From positions 5,332,001 through 5,396,000 of the forward strand of contig NC_043018.1 of NCBI RefSeq assembly GCF_006345805.1: a stretch of DNA of 64,000 nucleotides, written 5' to 3'. Made by a program: the position numbers and the translations under genes. This document shows, piece after piece, positions 25,358 to 39,232 of this stretch; position 1 is the stretch's first letter; each line of letters opens with the position of its first letter. This stretch comes from Octopus sinensis (Eukaryota). The notes under the pieces are model-generated. The model saw nothing but the letters and a program-made list of their open reading frames with translations. It did no database searches and had not been told where the DNA came from.

Positions 25358-25542
25358 TACAGGGTAATGTTTTTAAATTTTTTAATTATTTTTAATTTTA
25401 AATTAATTTTTATTTGCGGTTGAAGCTTTGGCTGTTATTTCTAGTGGGTGAATGGCCTATTATGGCCGTTCCTACACCACTTGTTTTCTACACCACTTGT
25501 CTTCGTCTTTTGTTTTCTTGTGAATTCTTCCTATATATATAC

Positions 25543-25597
<55 letters not shown>

Positions 25598-25606
25598 TAT
25601 ACGTAT

Positions 25607-26160
25607 ATGGGCATCGATTTGAATATTGATGCATCTTTCCAGGTGCAAATTACTAAGTTGGCAATAAAATGCAGAATTCTGGCCGGCTGGATCATTCGAA
25701 CTTTCGAAACGAGAAAAAAGAAAACCATGATGGTCTTATGGAGGACTTTTGTTCTAAATTGTCTGGATTACTGCTCACAACTGTGGTCACCAAACAGTGT
25801 AAAATCAACGAAGGAACTCGGGAAAATCCAGCGAAGTTACACAAAGAAGATCGACTCATGCGAGATATCAGCTACTGGGAGAGACTGAAAGAGTTAAGAC
25901 TCGGCTCGGTGAAGCGAAGCTGGGAAAAATATGCAATAAAATGCATCTGGAAAATCCTAGAGAATCTTGTTCCATACTTTGGAATTGTCACTTACACAAA
26001 AAAGAGAATGGGGTGCTAATGGATTGTACCAAACGTCTCGACATTGCCATCAAGATACAGGACCAAATGATGCAAAAACTTTGTCTTCAAAGGCCCACTG
26101 TTCTTGAATATCCACCCATTAATCCTGAGAGACCTCCATGGCGTGGAAACGAAAGCAAAC
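25607..26160 (+). mobile_element. CR1/L2-group LINE ORF2 C-terminal fragment
   Basis: GWIIRTF, LDYCSQLWSP, IQRSYTKKI, SYWERLKELRL and IWKILENLVP are post-RT motifs of CR1-group LINEs. Confidence 0.8.
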
Positions 26161-26186
26161 ATATATGTATGTCAGTGTATACGTAC

Positions 26187-26236
<50 letters not shown>

Positions 26237-26646
26237 CTTTTGGACATTTATGTTTTAATCACTACAATTGTTTCCACGCAACGTAGTTCTCCAGGGGCGC
26301 AGGTACTCGATTATGTTACTGTTTCCCTCCTTTATGAAATCTAGCTTTGATTCCTCAGGTGATATGTAAATATTGTCTCCGTAAGTTCACATCCTTGGTT
26401 TCAAGAACATCCTCTTTGTCTGTTGTCGCCTGACGTTAGTATTGGCCACTGACCATTGGCAAACTGCTTTGAATGTTTACTGAGATAGTCATTCTGCTAC
26501 AGTTAAAGTGGTTGCCGTTTTAAAGGGATTGGCATTTGATTTCTTATACCACAATTAAATATATATATACATATTTATATATGCGTATATAATATATATA
26601 TAATATATATATAATATATAATATACGCATATATATTATATTATAT

Positions 26647-26720
<74 letters not shown>

Positions 26721-27154
26721 ACCGTTCTTCATAATCTCCTGTCCCAGAGAAAGCACTTTCTCTTTGTCCATCTACTTCCGGTCACTTCAAAAGTGTAACT
26801 ACACGTGGACTGTTGGCTAGTTTTTGTCGCCTTCTTCCTTTTCTTTTGGACTTTCCTATGCCTCTTGTTTCCGAATAAGAGCTATGCTCGAAACGTAAAA
26901 CCACCACTCTTTCTTTCCTTCTTTTAACGTCTCGTTAACCTTTCACACGGACTACGCCTTCGCGTTGTTGTTTCATATATCTGCCTATATTTGGTAATCT
27001 TTATGTCGTTCGTTTATTTCAGGTACATCTTCATGTTTTGTTGAACCGGCAACGGAATTGCTGAATGTCAACATTAAAATTGTAGGTGAAAGAAAGTTAG
27101 CTGATATGGGGGTTGGGGTGGAAGCCATGTGAATATTGTCCAAGAGTTACCTGT

Positions 27155-27540
27155 ACCATCATGCTTCGCACCGTGTATCAAAATGCTGACATCATAACTG
27201 CTGCTCAGAGTACTGTGAACACTGTAAAAGTTGAAAGAGGTGACATGGTCAACCTCAACGTGTGCTAGTAATCCGTGGCCGGCAGGATTTTGATGGACAT
27301 TGGTCTCCAGTGAGGGTGACATCTTTAAACAGAACCTTGCACTCAATTCAGATAGCTATGTGAAGCTGCTGGAGACTGTTCAAACCCTGGTTAAAGAGGT
27401 TTCCTCCTAGAAGGCTATGTGTGGCAGCAGAATTTGGTTCCTTGTACATCCCACACACACGAAAATCTACATGTGGGTTTACATATAATACGCCTTGTCT
27501 TGCGTTAAATCCTTGACCGTGCAACCACAAAACGTATCAG
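27155..27540 (+). mobile_element. Degenerate maT-like transposase fragment
   Basis: Plus-strand frames give SSEGDIFKQNLALNSDSYVKLLETV and .VWQQNLVPC, homologous to the 38340-38500 segment. Confidence 0.65.
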
Positions 27541-27629
27541 ACGTTGTAAGTGCAGGGTTAAGACATGCAAAGTGAGATCTGGCGGAGCCCATCGTTTTCC
27601 ATTTGTGGCCACAGCCAAGAGAGCGGAGG

Positions 27630-27857
27630 AAAGAGAGAGAGAGAGAGAGGCAGAGAGACAGACAGACAGACAGACAGATAGACAGACAGACAGGCAGACA
27701 AACAGACAGACAGAGAAAGAGAGACGAAGTGAGAGACGGAGTGAGAGACAGAGACACATAGAGAGAGAGAGAGAGAGAGATGCAGAGAGACAGTCAGACA
27801 GACAGATAGACAGAGAGACAGACAGACAGACATACAGACAGACAGACGGGCAGACAA

Positions 27858-27890
<33 letters not shown>

Positions 27891-27990
27891 GACAGAGAGA
27901 CGGAGCGAGCGACAGAGAGAGAGAGAGCGAGATGCAGAAGTTCTGACGTACAGAGACAGACACTGACTGACAGACAAGCAGAAACAGAGA
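27630..27990. repeat. (AG)n/(AGAC)n microsatellite
   Basis: Directly visible. Confidence 0.95.
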
Positions 27991-28154
27991 ACGAGAGTGA
28001 GGGGAAAGAAACGGAGAATGGCCAAGAACAGGTCTAGAACTTTATCCGACCCGAAAGGATGGAAGGTAACGTTGGCGTGAACTGAAATCAAAGTGCAGAG
28101 AAACGAAAAGAATTCCGCAACGTAAATGCATATTCGTATACGCACACAGATACA

Positions 28155-28198
<44 letters not shown>

Positions 28199-29318
28199 AC
28201 ACACACGCATATATATATATTTATGTATTTGTCCATTCATAGTGATATAAACGTATACATGCCTACATATATGTGCATATATGTGTGTATATATGTACAC
28301 ACAAGTGCATATATGTATATATATATATATGTATGTATATAAATCAGAAACATAAATATATTCATGCATATATATATATATATATAATATATATATATGT
28401 ATGTATGTATATTTCGCATATTTAGAGATACATATATGTAAATATATAACTATATATTTATATATACATACATAATATTATACATATGATACATGTGTTT
28501 ATATTATATAAGTATATTTATAGATAAGTATATATATTTATAATATATATATACATACATATAAACACACACCACACATAATATTATAATATATATATAT
28601 ATATATATATAATATATATATTATATATATATATATATATATATGTTTATCTATATTTATACATGCATACGCACACATACGTAGTTTCCACCATACCGCA
28701 GAGAGTCCACAGGGATATGAAGATAACTATTTTTCCATATTTCAAAAACTGGTCTGCATAAAAGATTCTCTTTAATTTACTCTACATTAACCTTTTAAGA
28801 TTTCTTCAGATTTCGCATTTTCTTTCTCTTTCTTTATATTTTTCTATTTATTCCACCATCTGTTCTGTAATTACATTACACAAATAGTTCTAGAGTTTTG
28901 ACTTTTGACTTTAAATTCTTCATTTCAATTCCTCCGTACACACCGCCTTTATTAGCATTATTATTAGTAGCAATAATATTTCCGTTGACTGGAGGGGCGA
29001 TAGAGCTACGGACAAAATGCATTTTACTACATTACTCGCTTTGCTTTACGTTCCGAGTTCGAAATCCACTTTGGCGAAAGTGTATGTTTTTATCTGCTCC
29101 AGTCACTGGACTGTGGTCATGCAGGAGCGTCGCCTTCGAGAAATTTTAGTGGAATGAATCGACCACAGAAATTCATTTTTTTCAAGCGTAGTACATATTA
29201 TATGGGTCGCCTTTGCCGAAACTTTCGGTTACTGGGATGTAAAGAAACCAACAACGGTTGTCAAAGCGGTGCCAGTGGAAAATCAACGGCAGAAAGACAC
29301 ACACGCACAAATGCATAA

Positions 29319-29366
<48 letters not shown>

Positions 29367-32248
29367 GACAGGCTTCTTTCAGTTTCCGTCGACAAAATCC
29401 GCTCACGGAGGCTATAGTAGAAGATACTTGCCCAAAAGTTAACGCTGTCGGATTGAACCCATAAGCATGTGGTTGAGAGGCAAGTTTCTTACCTCACAGC
29501 CACGCCTTGAAATTTTCGCATATTCCCCGAAGCTAAATTGTCAATATTTTAATTCTTTGGATAGAAAAGAATGCCTTATTACACTCGTTCCGCCTATTTG
29601 GACCCTGAATTCTAATCCTATGGAGGTTAGCTGTGTCATTGTTTCGCTGGCAATATAAAAATTGTCAGCCCTACTGTTGATTTTGTTTCCTCATATAACT
29701 GTCCAATTACATTCAAACATCTTTAAAATATAGATGATTATTAGTTAACGTAATAATACATCATATATCGAAATGTATAAACTAAAGGGAATATCAAAAT
29801 AGTGACGTGGCTTGTTAAAATCAGAGTAACAGTAATTTCAGAGGAAGAATAAGTCAAAAACAACGATCCCAGGTTTCAAAATGTACTTACTTTATCGACC
29901 CCAAAAGGATGAAAGGTGAAAGCTAACTGGTAACAACCAGCACTAGCTTAGGCTAACCTCACTGTGATAATCCCGTTTTACATATTTTGAGCAGCTAAAT
30001 GAATGGATAGAAGACAACACCTAAATAGTTTGTTTTATATCTTTTAGTCAAGTGGAAAGGCAGTGTCCATAACATGTTGCCTCTCAGACTAGCGGTGGGA
30101 GAGGGAAGGTTTCATCAAACCGGAAACCTGGCCCTCATGCTTGCGACGGAGTGAATTGTTTCGCTAAAGATATCTAAAGTGCCGGGGAATGGTATTAAAG
30201 CAGATGATGGATGAAGTATATTACTACCCTGATTAGAAGGCAGTGAGCTGGCAGAATCGCTACCGTGCAGGGAAAATACTTAGCAGCATTTCGTCCGTCT
30301 TTAAAATCCTCCGAGGCTGATTTAAAATAATGGGGTCGATGTAATTGACTTAATCCCTCCCACGAAATTGCTGGCCTTGTGCGAAAATTTGAAACCATTA
30401 TTATTCTGGTAAGAAGGCGGTGAGCTGGGAGAATTGTTTGCGCGCTGGAAAACTGCTTAGCGGTGATTCGTCTGTCTTTACGTTCTTCGTTCGAATTCCG
30501 TTGCGATCAACTTTGGTCATTCTAGTGTCGATCAAATTAGTAACCCTCGAACACTAGGATCCATGTAATCGAATAAACCCCGCCCCTAATATTTCGGGTC
30601 TTGTGTCCTATTATTACCCAAAGAAGACAGCAATATGGCTAATCGTTAGGACACGGAAAGAAACGCTTAGCGACAATTTATAAATCGAGTCCGAAGCAGT
30701 GACTCACGAAGTTAACTTCGGCCGGGTTGAAACTCAGGGCAGAAGGAGATTAAACGATCCCTCTAACGCATTCTCTTTTATTCAGCTTCTTGATATGCTG
30801 AGTTCAAATTCCGCCGAAGTCAACTTCGCCATTCTTCTTTCGGGGGTCGGTCAAATAAGTAACGTTTGAGCATCGGGGTTAGTGTAATCGACTAGTGCCC
30901 TCTCCGAAACTTTTGATGCAACGTACCTATTGTAGAAAGAGTTATTAACCCTAGTAGGGCATGGCGATATTTGAAAAGATAAAAGGGAAGCAACTGCCAC
31001 AAAGCATCCGATCTTCTGCTCTTACGGTTCCATTAACTCACCGTCTTGGACTGGTAATTTGGTACTTTTCTTATCAGCCACCAAAAAGATAGAAAATAAA
31101 GATGATTTTGGCGTCATTTGAACTCAGAGCGCAGAGTGTCAAAACGACTATCAAGCGGCATTTTGTCCAACGCTGTATGCATCCCCACCACCCTTCCGTT
31201 GACACAACCGATTGCCCTTAAAAATGGTGATACATTATATAATCTTGGTGGTGCTACGTAGGTCGGTCTTGGGTGTTATTAATCTGCTCCACGTATGCGA
31301 ATACCTGGGCAAGATTTTCCAGTAAAACTGGTAATTGCTTTTTGCCTGCAAGTCTCTCGACCTCAAGCTACCGTTTTATATCCAAGAAACTTTGTTCGAT
31401 ACAGATTGCCAACTAGTTTTCTTGCAGACGTTGCTCACGAAAGGCCAAGATCCAAAAGAGATATAAAAGTCCCCTTACGTGCTATATTGGCACTTTATTA
31501 CGGACCCCCTAAAGTATCACCGTCAAGGTTGACCTCAATAGGATTTGAAATCAGAGCATACATACTGCGTGCTATTCTATTCAACATAGTAACAATTCTG
31601 CTAATTCAACCATAGTCTCCTACATTACGCATCTTGGAATAGATTGGATAAAGTTTTTCTAGATACGTAAAGCATGAACTCGACAGGACGATGATGAGTG
31701 GATCATATTTAATGAATTGTCTGCTCCGATGGGACTGAGCGAGGCATCTAACCAACAACAACCACAACATCGACATCAGCAACAACGATGACGACGACAG
31801 GTGCATCTCATTTTTGCCAAGTGAGAGGACAGGAGAAGCGTGGAAAAATATCTTACGCAAGGACACATCATGCCGCCGGTATTTAAACTGACGATAGACT
31901 AATGTAACCATATAAAAAGTTTATGGCCTTATATTGCGCCTAGCCATTTATATCAATTTTTATTATATACATTAGCATTTCGTTAAACCAGTCATAAATT
32001 TATATCGAAAGTATATATAGTGACAGATCGATTTAGCCAAACTATCCGAGCGATGGAATCGGCATTGCTGAGGAGTCTACAACTGATCGGTGAAAGTTGT
32101 TTAGCACAGTGCTCCTAGCATGGGGTGGTTATCTTCTCTTTCAGTGTATATACACTGTGCGCTTCATACAGAATTACGGGTTTTAGCTCGTAATTCTTGC
32201 AATATAGCTACTATTTTCAGCACCCTCAGCCACAATCAGTGACGGTTT

Positions 32249-32323
<75 letters not shown>

Positions 32324-32928
32324 CGGGCTTCCTCAAAGACTCCGTAATTAAAATTCACTCACAAGGCTTTGGCTACAGTACAATAAACTTGTCCAATGTG
32401 TTACGCAATGGGAATGAACTCGAAACCACATCGCTTGCAACACGAACTTCTTAACCACAATGTTATTTAAAAGTTTACTATATTTTCTAATTCGGAAATA
32501 AATTAAATCTTTTCCTTTCGTCAATTTTTTTTATTTTGATTTATTTTTTGCAAGATTCCAGATTTCTTTCTTTCTCTCTGTCTTCCAGTTGATCCTTTTG
32601 CTTACTTTCGTTTCATGAATTTCTCCACCCCCTCCCTTATTTGTTTCAGTCATAGGACTGCAGCCATTCTGAAAGGTTTAGCAATTGAGAGGTTTAGCAG
32701 TTGAATTTACCCCCAGCACTTTCTTTTTACAATACGTACTTATTCTATCATTTGTTTTGCCGCAATGCTAACTTACTTGGATGTAAACAAACCAATACAG
32801 GTTTCAGGAGTGGTTAGACAATCACCGCACACACACACACAAATAAATTTATATACACACACATGCACATGTTAATGAGTGGAAAAATGAAAGAAAAAGG
32901 CACTGAACACTTTTAGTTGCGTGTATTA

Positions 32929-34749
32929 CACTGTGCAACAAATTTCAGGTTCAAAAAAAGTTCAAGTTAAATAAGACTTGTTTCTGGGTCAAAAAATTGT
33001 CCTGATTCTGATTCTGACCTTTGTTTCTCGAGATTAGGCACCGTTTTCCTGTACCATGAACCATATGTTTTATAATATACTGCATAATATCGTGTATTGA
33101 ACACAACATTGCAAATACTGAAAGTTACAAAAAACAAAACAAAAATTTAGTTGGTATAACAAAACATATATTGGTTATGAATTAAAAACACACCTGTCAG
33201 TTTAAACAACTTTTGTCCCTCTAAACCTCTTGTGCGGATTGTGATCGTCTTTTTTTATACCCCAGCAGTAGTCTGCCAACATGCCAGGGTTCCATTTTCC
33301 TTTGAATCGTCGCTCCAGATTCTGATGGAATCTTTCCATCATTCACATCACCAGGATTTTCCGCAAAAAAAATCCAAATGCGAGTGAAGCACATGAACTT
33401 TTAGAGACATATTACATCCCATATCATGGTAATAACTCAGCAGATCATTCAAAACTTGCACATAGTCTTCTGAACGATGGTTGCCCAGGAAGTTATAGCA
33501 AATTTTCTTGAATGACTCAAAGGAAAGCTTCTCTTTTCTCTTGAGATGTGTGATGAAGGTTTCATCAAGTACAATTTTTCGAATTTGGTGCCCTATGAAG
33601 AAACCTTCTTTAATTTTAGCTTGACCCAGGGAAAGGAACTTTTCTGCAAGATATGCAAATGCGGAGGATTCCTTGTCCAAAGCTTTCACAAATTGCTTAA
33701 ACAAACCAAGTTTAATATGCAAAGGTGGTAACAATTCTAACACTTTTCACAAGTGATTTGTGCATGATATTGTGTTTTCCTTGCTCAATTTCATCTCAGA
33801 TCGGCCAATCCTTGCGTACATAATGTTCAGCTCTTTCTCTGGAATTCCATAAGCACATGAAGCAGCAAAATTTAGTATAGCCATGCTGAAGGCCAGTAAG
33901 CATGGCCACAACCTTAAAATCTGCACAAATATGCCTGGTATGGTCATCATACTGTGTGCATGTTAGAATTGCTTTCAGATTTTCATATGATTCTTTCATG
34001 GTTGTGCTATAAGCTATGAGAACAGAAGACAGAGTGTTACCATTGTGTAGCAGAACAGCTCTGATGCTGTCCTTGGATGCATCTATGAAAAGTCGCCAGT
34101 TGGTTTTATCATATGGTATTTCCAGTTACTCAAAAGGTTCAGTGATGTTATTACAAAAGCATAAGTCATCCTTCATGGTGAATAATGCAAGCAGATCCCC
34201 TGTACGTTTTCTGTACATTGTTATCTTCACTCCTTTCTCAAGAAGATTACGTTCTTGAAGTCTTGATGCCAGAAACTTACCTTTCTCTTTGGTTAAATAG
34301 AGAACCCTGCACAAGTCATTTGGAGCCTCTTGAGAAAATGGTATTGGTTTATTCTCGCTTTCTGGATCATTGGGTTCCACACATACACCACTGAAATGTT
34401 CATCAGCACTGCTAGAACTCTGCATTTCTTGTTCTGGAGATTTGGGCACAGGTAATTTTTGTACTGTCTTGCACTCGTTGTTGAAAACAAGTAAGATCTG
34501 ACAGATAAAAAAGATCATTAAACACAAGCTTTGAATCACATTGTAGGTGTTACTAAGATTGGTTGGAACCCATTTTACAATGCGGTAGAGATTTTTATTT
34601 AATAATAATGACATAAAGGGTATGTAGTGACAATTCTGTAGAAACCATGCCTAATTCAACAAAAAGAAGGCCAGAAATGGATTTCCCATGTCCTCTTGCA
34701 TATAAAAATGGCCACAGATCTCTTGTACTTTTTTGAGTGTTGCACAGTG
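32929..34749 (-). mobile_element. Chapaev3-like (CMC superfamily) DNA transposon with both termini and a decayed transposase
   Basis: 12-bp TIRs CACTGTGCAACA (32929) / TGTTGCACAGTG (34749) with TTA on both sides. Peptides MKESYENLK...ICADFKVV...GYTKFCCFMCLWNSR, LLPPLHIKLGLFKQFVKAL and SLKVHVLHSHLDFF. Family name is from recall of the motifs and the TWA TSD. Confidence 0.8.
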
Positions 34750-36128
34750 TTATCTAAAATAGTTTGATTCGGTTCTGCAAGACTTAAATTTTCGCGGGCC
34801 CCTAATAGAAGACTGTCTCTGTCAGACTGTAGATTACTGAATCGGTAATCTGAAGCTTGAAAGAGATGGGCTTCTGTTAGGGGCCTGCGGGACTTTACGT
34901 CGCATGGAATCGAAAGCAAAACTCTTTTAAATAATACACACGTACGATGGTTTCACTTAGAAAGTATTGGTCGACTCGAGCCATCGTAGAAGACATTTGC
35001 CCAAGGTGCCTCACAGTGGAACTGAACTCATGATTGCAAAGCGATCCTCCTAACCACGTAGCCATGTTAGCATATAGTTATTTATATATTTGTTCATTTT
35101 TAGTTTGCTTTAATATTTGTTGTATTTTAAAGAATAAAACATATAAAGACCCCTTTCGAGTCACATAGACTCCTAGGGCAGGGTTCCACGGCGCATATAT
35201 CCTTACTCCCTGGACCGGGCACCAGTCCCAAGTAGGAAATACTCGCTTGTGTTAGCTCAGTAAACTTCAACAACGTGAAATGAAGTGCTTAGCGCAAGAG
35301 CACAATGCATCTAGAAGGCCCGGGAATCGAAACTACAATCTAATGATTATGAGCCCAACGCCCCTAACCACAGAAATATATTTTAAATACTTCAATTAAT
35401 TACATAATTTTTTTTTATATATATTTATTTTCAAATTGGAATTATAAATTTCAGAGATTCACAAATGAAACTTTATTATATTTATATATTATTTTTCTAG
35501 TTTTTTTTTCTTTACTTTTCTTTTTTTGATGTGGTTGTTTTTTATGGCGGAGTTGATTTGTTAGTTAGGTTCATATTTACATATATATTTTTAGTAGTTT
35601 TATTTAACGTTTATGTATCTATCTCTCTCTATATATATATATATATTTTCCCTCTGAAATAGAAAAATGTAAAAGGAAAAACAAATAAAAACAGATAAAA
35701 TCTATGCAAAACAAATACAAAAAACAGCCAGAACGATACAGGTGTCTTGATAAAAATCAACGTACCTTTTAGCAAGTTTCGTTTAAAGAGGAAGTAATTA
35801 CAACACAGCTTCCGGTTATGGCGTGTTTCGTCTGCTTTATCTCGAAAATCAAAAATCGATGATGGCGCGCCTGTAAAGAGCTGGCTTTCGGTTGGTGATT
35901 GTAGCTAAGTATTTAATTAGCAGAAGATAATATGGAGGGAAGAGGTAAAGAGGGTAGGAGTATTAGGTGAGGGTGAAAGGGTGAGTTTAGTGACGAGATA
36001 TGTGTAGCGGGTACGGGCGTGATTGTAGCAGTAGCAGTAGTAGTAGTGGTAGATTCATCATCATCATCATCAAAAGCAGCAGTAGTAGCAGTACTAGAAG
36101 TATTAGCAGCAGTAGTAAGTAGTAGTAA

Positions 36129-36182
<54 letters not shown>

Positions 36183-37824
36183 CTGTAGTAGTAGCAGCAG
36201 CAGTAGCAGCACTAACGATAGTATTGGTTGTAGTGGTGTTGCGGAGATTGTCATGTTAGGGGTAGTGTTTCCAGTAGCGGTGGTTATGGTGGTCGTTTCA
36301 CTGGTAGGGGGTGGGGAGATGTAAGGGCTAGTGTTGGGGATAAAGTTGGGGACAGCGTCAGTGCTGGTGGTAGTGGTGGCGGCGAAGGTATTGTAAAAGT
36401 GGGGCTTAACAGGTTTGGGGACTCTGGTTGTTCAGATGGTGGTGATGTGGGTGATGGTGTGGGTGGTAGTGGTGGTGTGGGTGATGCGGGTTTATAATAC
36501 ACGCAATACTAGTGGCACAGGTAAATGTGGTGATGGTAGTGATGGTAGTGGTTGTGGTAATGGGAAGGTAATGGTAGTAATGGTGGTAGTGGTGGTGGTG
36601 GTGGTGGTGGTGGTGGTATTGGCGGTAGTGGTGGTGGTGGTGGTAGTGGTGGTGGTATTGGTGGTGGTGGTGGTGGTGGTGGTGGTGGTAGTGGTAGTGG
36701 GAAGTAATGGTAGTAATGGTGGTAATGGTGGTGGTGGTGGTGGTATTGGTGGTAGTGGTGGTAGTGGTGGTAGTGACGGTATTGGCGGTTGTGATGGTGG
36801 TGATGATAGTGTCTGTGTTAGTGGTAAACGTACACATTCTGACAGGAGTGAAGGTTTTCTTAATCTTTACAGCGATGGAGTTGCTGGCGATGGTTGCTAT
36901 TATATTTTCCTGTTCTTTAGCCCAAGGCACATTTCGGCTGAGGCGACCAAACTATCATCCGAAGAACTGAAGACAAAACACATCCCGCCACTTTAGACAC
37001 ATGTCAGACAACATGATCAAATATCTATCTTGATGATCCAAGATGCTAGGGCGTAGTGCCTGCTATTTCTAGCAAAAGAAACGATCAACTGCATCAGTGG
37101 TTCTTAACGACTTTTCACCTATGGGCCTCTTAGATTACCATTTTACTTGGGTGGAACCAAACAGCTTTTCGATGTTTCAAAAATCTTATTATATTATTAA
37201 GATTTATATAAAAAAAACAATTGTTAATAAATATTGACTTGTTATTGTTTCAGTCATTAGGCTGCGGCTATGCTGGAGCATCGCCTTCAAGACGTTTTAT
37301 TGAGCAAATCGACCCCAGGACTTATTTTTTAATGCCTAGTATTCATTCTGTCGGCCTTTTTCGTCGAGCTGTTAGGCTATGTGGACGTTAACACACCAAC
37401 ACCGGTTGTCGAGCAGTGATGGTGACACAACCACTAATATAAAGACGCACACACATAGATACACACGCGCACGCGCACACACACAGACATATATATTTGA
37501 TTAATGAGAGAGAAAGGAGATTGAAGATAGGAGAAAATTTGTTGATCACTCAGAAAGAATTGTGGGTAACAATAAACTTCCTTCTTTCTTCCATCTTCCG
37601 TCTTTGTCATTAACCAAATAGTCAACAAACACGGTGAAAGTAAACCTACTTTACCGGCAAAGTACAAGGTGTATACCATACGACTTATTAACTAATAATA
37701 TATATATATATATTTATACACACACACAGACAATTGTTGCCATTTTATATATTGTTTTTGATGTAGACTACACTGTATAGTAGGGTCAGTTGGACACCGT
37801 CTGTGAGAAAAAGAAGCAGCACTA

Positions 37825-38735
37825 TGATGCAATTCACTATACCAGAAATTTGGAAATGATTACTTGGCAATCGCGCCGGAAGCTCCAAGCTGAGGACTAT
37901 GCAGAGGATTCGGAAAGAGTCGGATATGTCTTATGGTGATTACGAATGTACTGCAGCTTGGAAAACTCACACGGATTGTCCTGATAAGAAAAGAACTGCT
38001 GAATTTGTTGGGGAGTTCCAAGGCCATGATTGACAACGATCCTACCAAGTCCATCACGTCCATCGCCAGGGACGTGGAAGTGTCTGAGTTTCTTATCAGG
38101 CAGGTAGTGCATGAAGATATTCGGTATTCCTCATACAAGATGAGAAAGGGCCAACTTTTTATTCCAAGCAATCAAGGACAAGAAGGAAGACCTCGCTACG
38201 AAGCTTTTGAACAAACTCAAGCATCCCCTCCAACCGAGCATGCTTTGCTTTTCCTCAAACGAGGAAATTCTCTGCCAACCGTTGCCTTGCCGTGTCCCCA
38301 AAGCATATACCGAGAGTGATAAAAATCGAAGATCCAGTCAACATCATGTGATCACTGGTGATGGTGACTTCATACCTCCATTCATCTTACCACATGGCCT
38401 CAGACTCTACACGAAGTCTACATCAAGTGCCTGCAGTCAAGAAGGTGGCTGCTGGAAGATCTTATGTCTGGCAACAGGACTCTGCACCATGCCAAACAAT
38501 CAGGAGAACCCAGTTATGACTATCAAACAATTTCTGTGATCAGATCACCCCTAACATCTGGTCACCTAACTCCTCAGACTGCAACCTCCATTGATTATTA
38601 TGTGTTGAGCGAGAGACAAAGAAAACTCCATGTAACACCAAAGATGAACTGAAGGCAAGAATCATGGCAGCAGTCACCAACTTAAACAAGGAGACCGTCC
38701 AGAAGAACTCCGGAAGATTCAAAAGTAAAAAGTAA
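37825..38735 (+). mobile_element. Degenerate maT/DD37D-like mariner transposase
   Basis: IDNDPTKSITSIARDVEVSEFLIRQVVHEDIRYSSYKMRKGQ, GDGDFIPPFILPHGLRL, and WQQDSAPC/W.PNS.DCN-type segments across frameshifts. Confidence 0.85.
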
Positions 38736-38788
38736 CACATCAGATGGAGGTAAAATTGTTCTTTTTATAACTGAACATAAAACAAACA

Positions 38789-38861
<73 letters not shown>

Positions 38862-39232
38862 TATATATAATGTAAGTATAGAAGCCATCTTATCATGGCT
38901 AACCACATTGGGGAGGGGATGTTACTGTAGCTTTATAGCCCCAAGAGATCTTCGTCTCTAGCTGGCTCTAGACACAATATCTGTGTCCTTGGAGTATTTG
39001 CAAAGGGAGGCCATCCCTTCCTCGCAAGCCTGAGTGATACGCTCGAACTAGTTTCGGGATTGTTGTCCCTCGTCAACGGGCGGTAACCACCAGGTAGCGA
39101 TGAAAGTGAAGGCTCCTTTGCAAATAGATATAAGTAGATAGATACTTACATAGACGCCCTATATATATATATATATATATATATAGTAAAGCTGGACTCA
39201 AGAGTCATCTTCGTAGTCATAAAACGAGACAG

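Larger units (their letters stand above)
23966..25473. mobile_element. Hammerhead-ribozyme tandem array 2 (same family, variant subfamily): ~1.5-kb near-palindrome of ~490-bp units
   Basis: 23966-24743 and 24744-25473 are inverted copies of the same unit as array 1. Cores at 24767 and 25259 give a period of 492. Confidence 0.9.

Noticed and set aside
27074-27530. Minus-strand ORFs of 90 and 60 aa as host exons
   Set aside because: They are the antisense of a decayed maT-like transposase on the plus strand.
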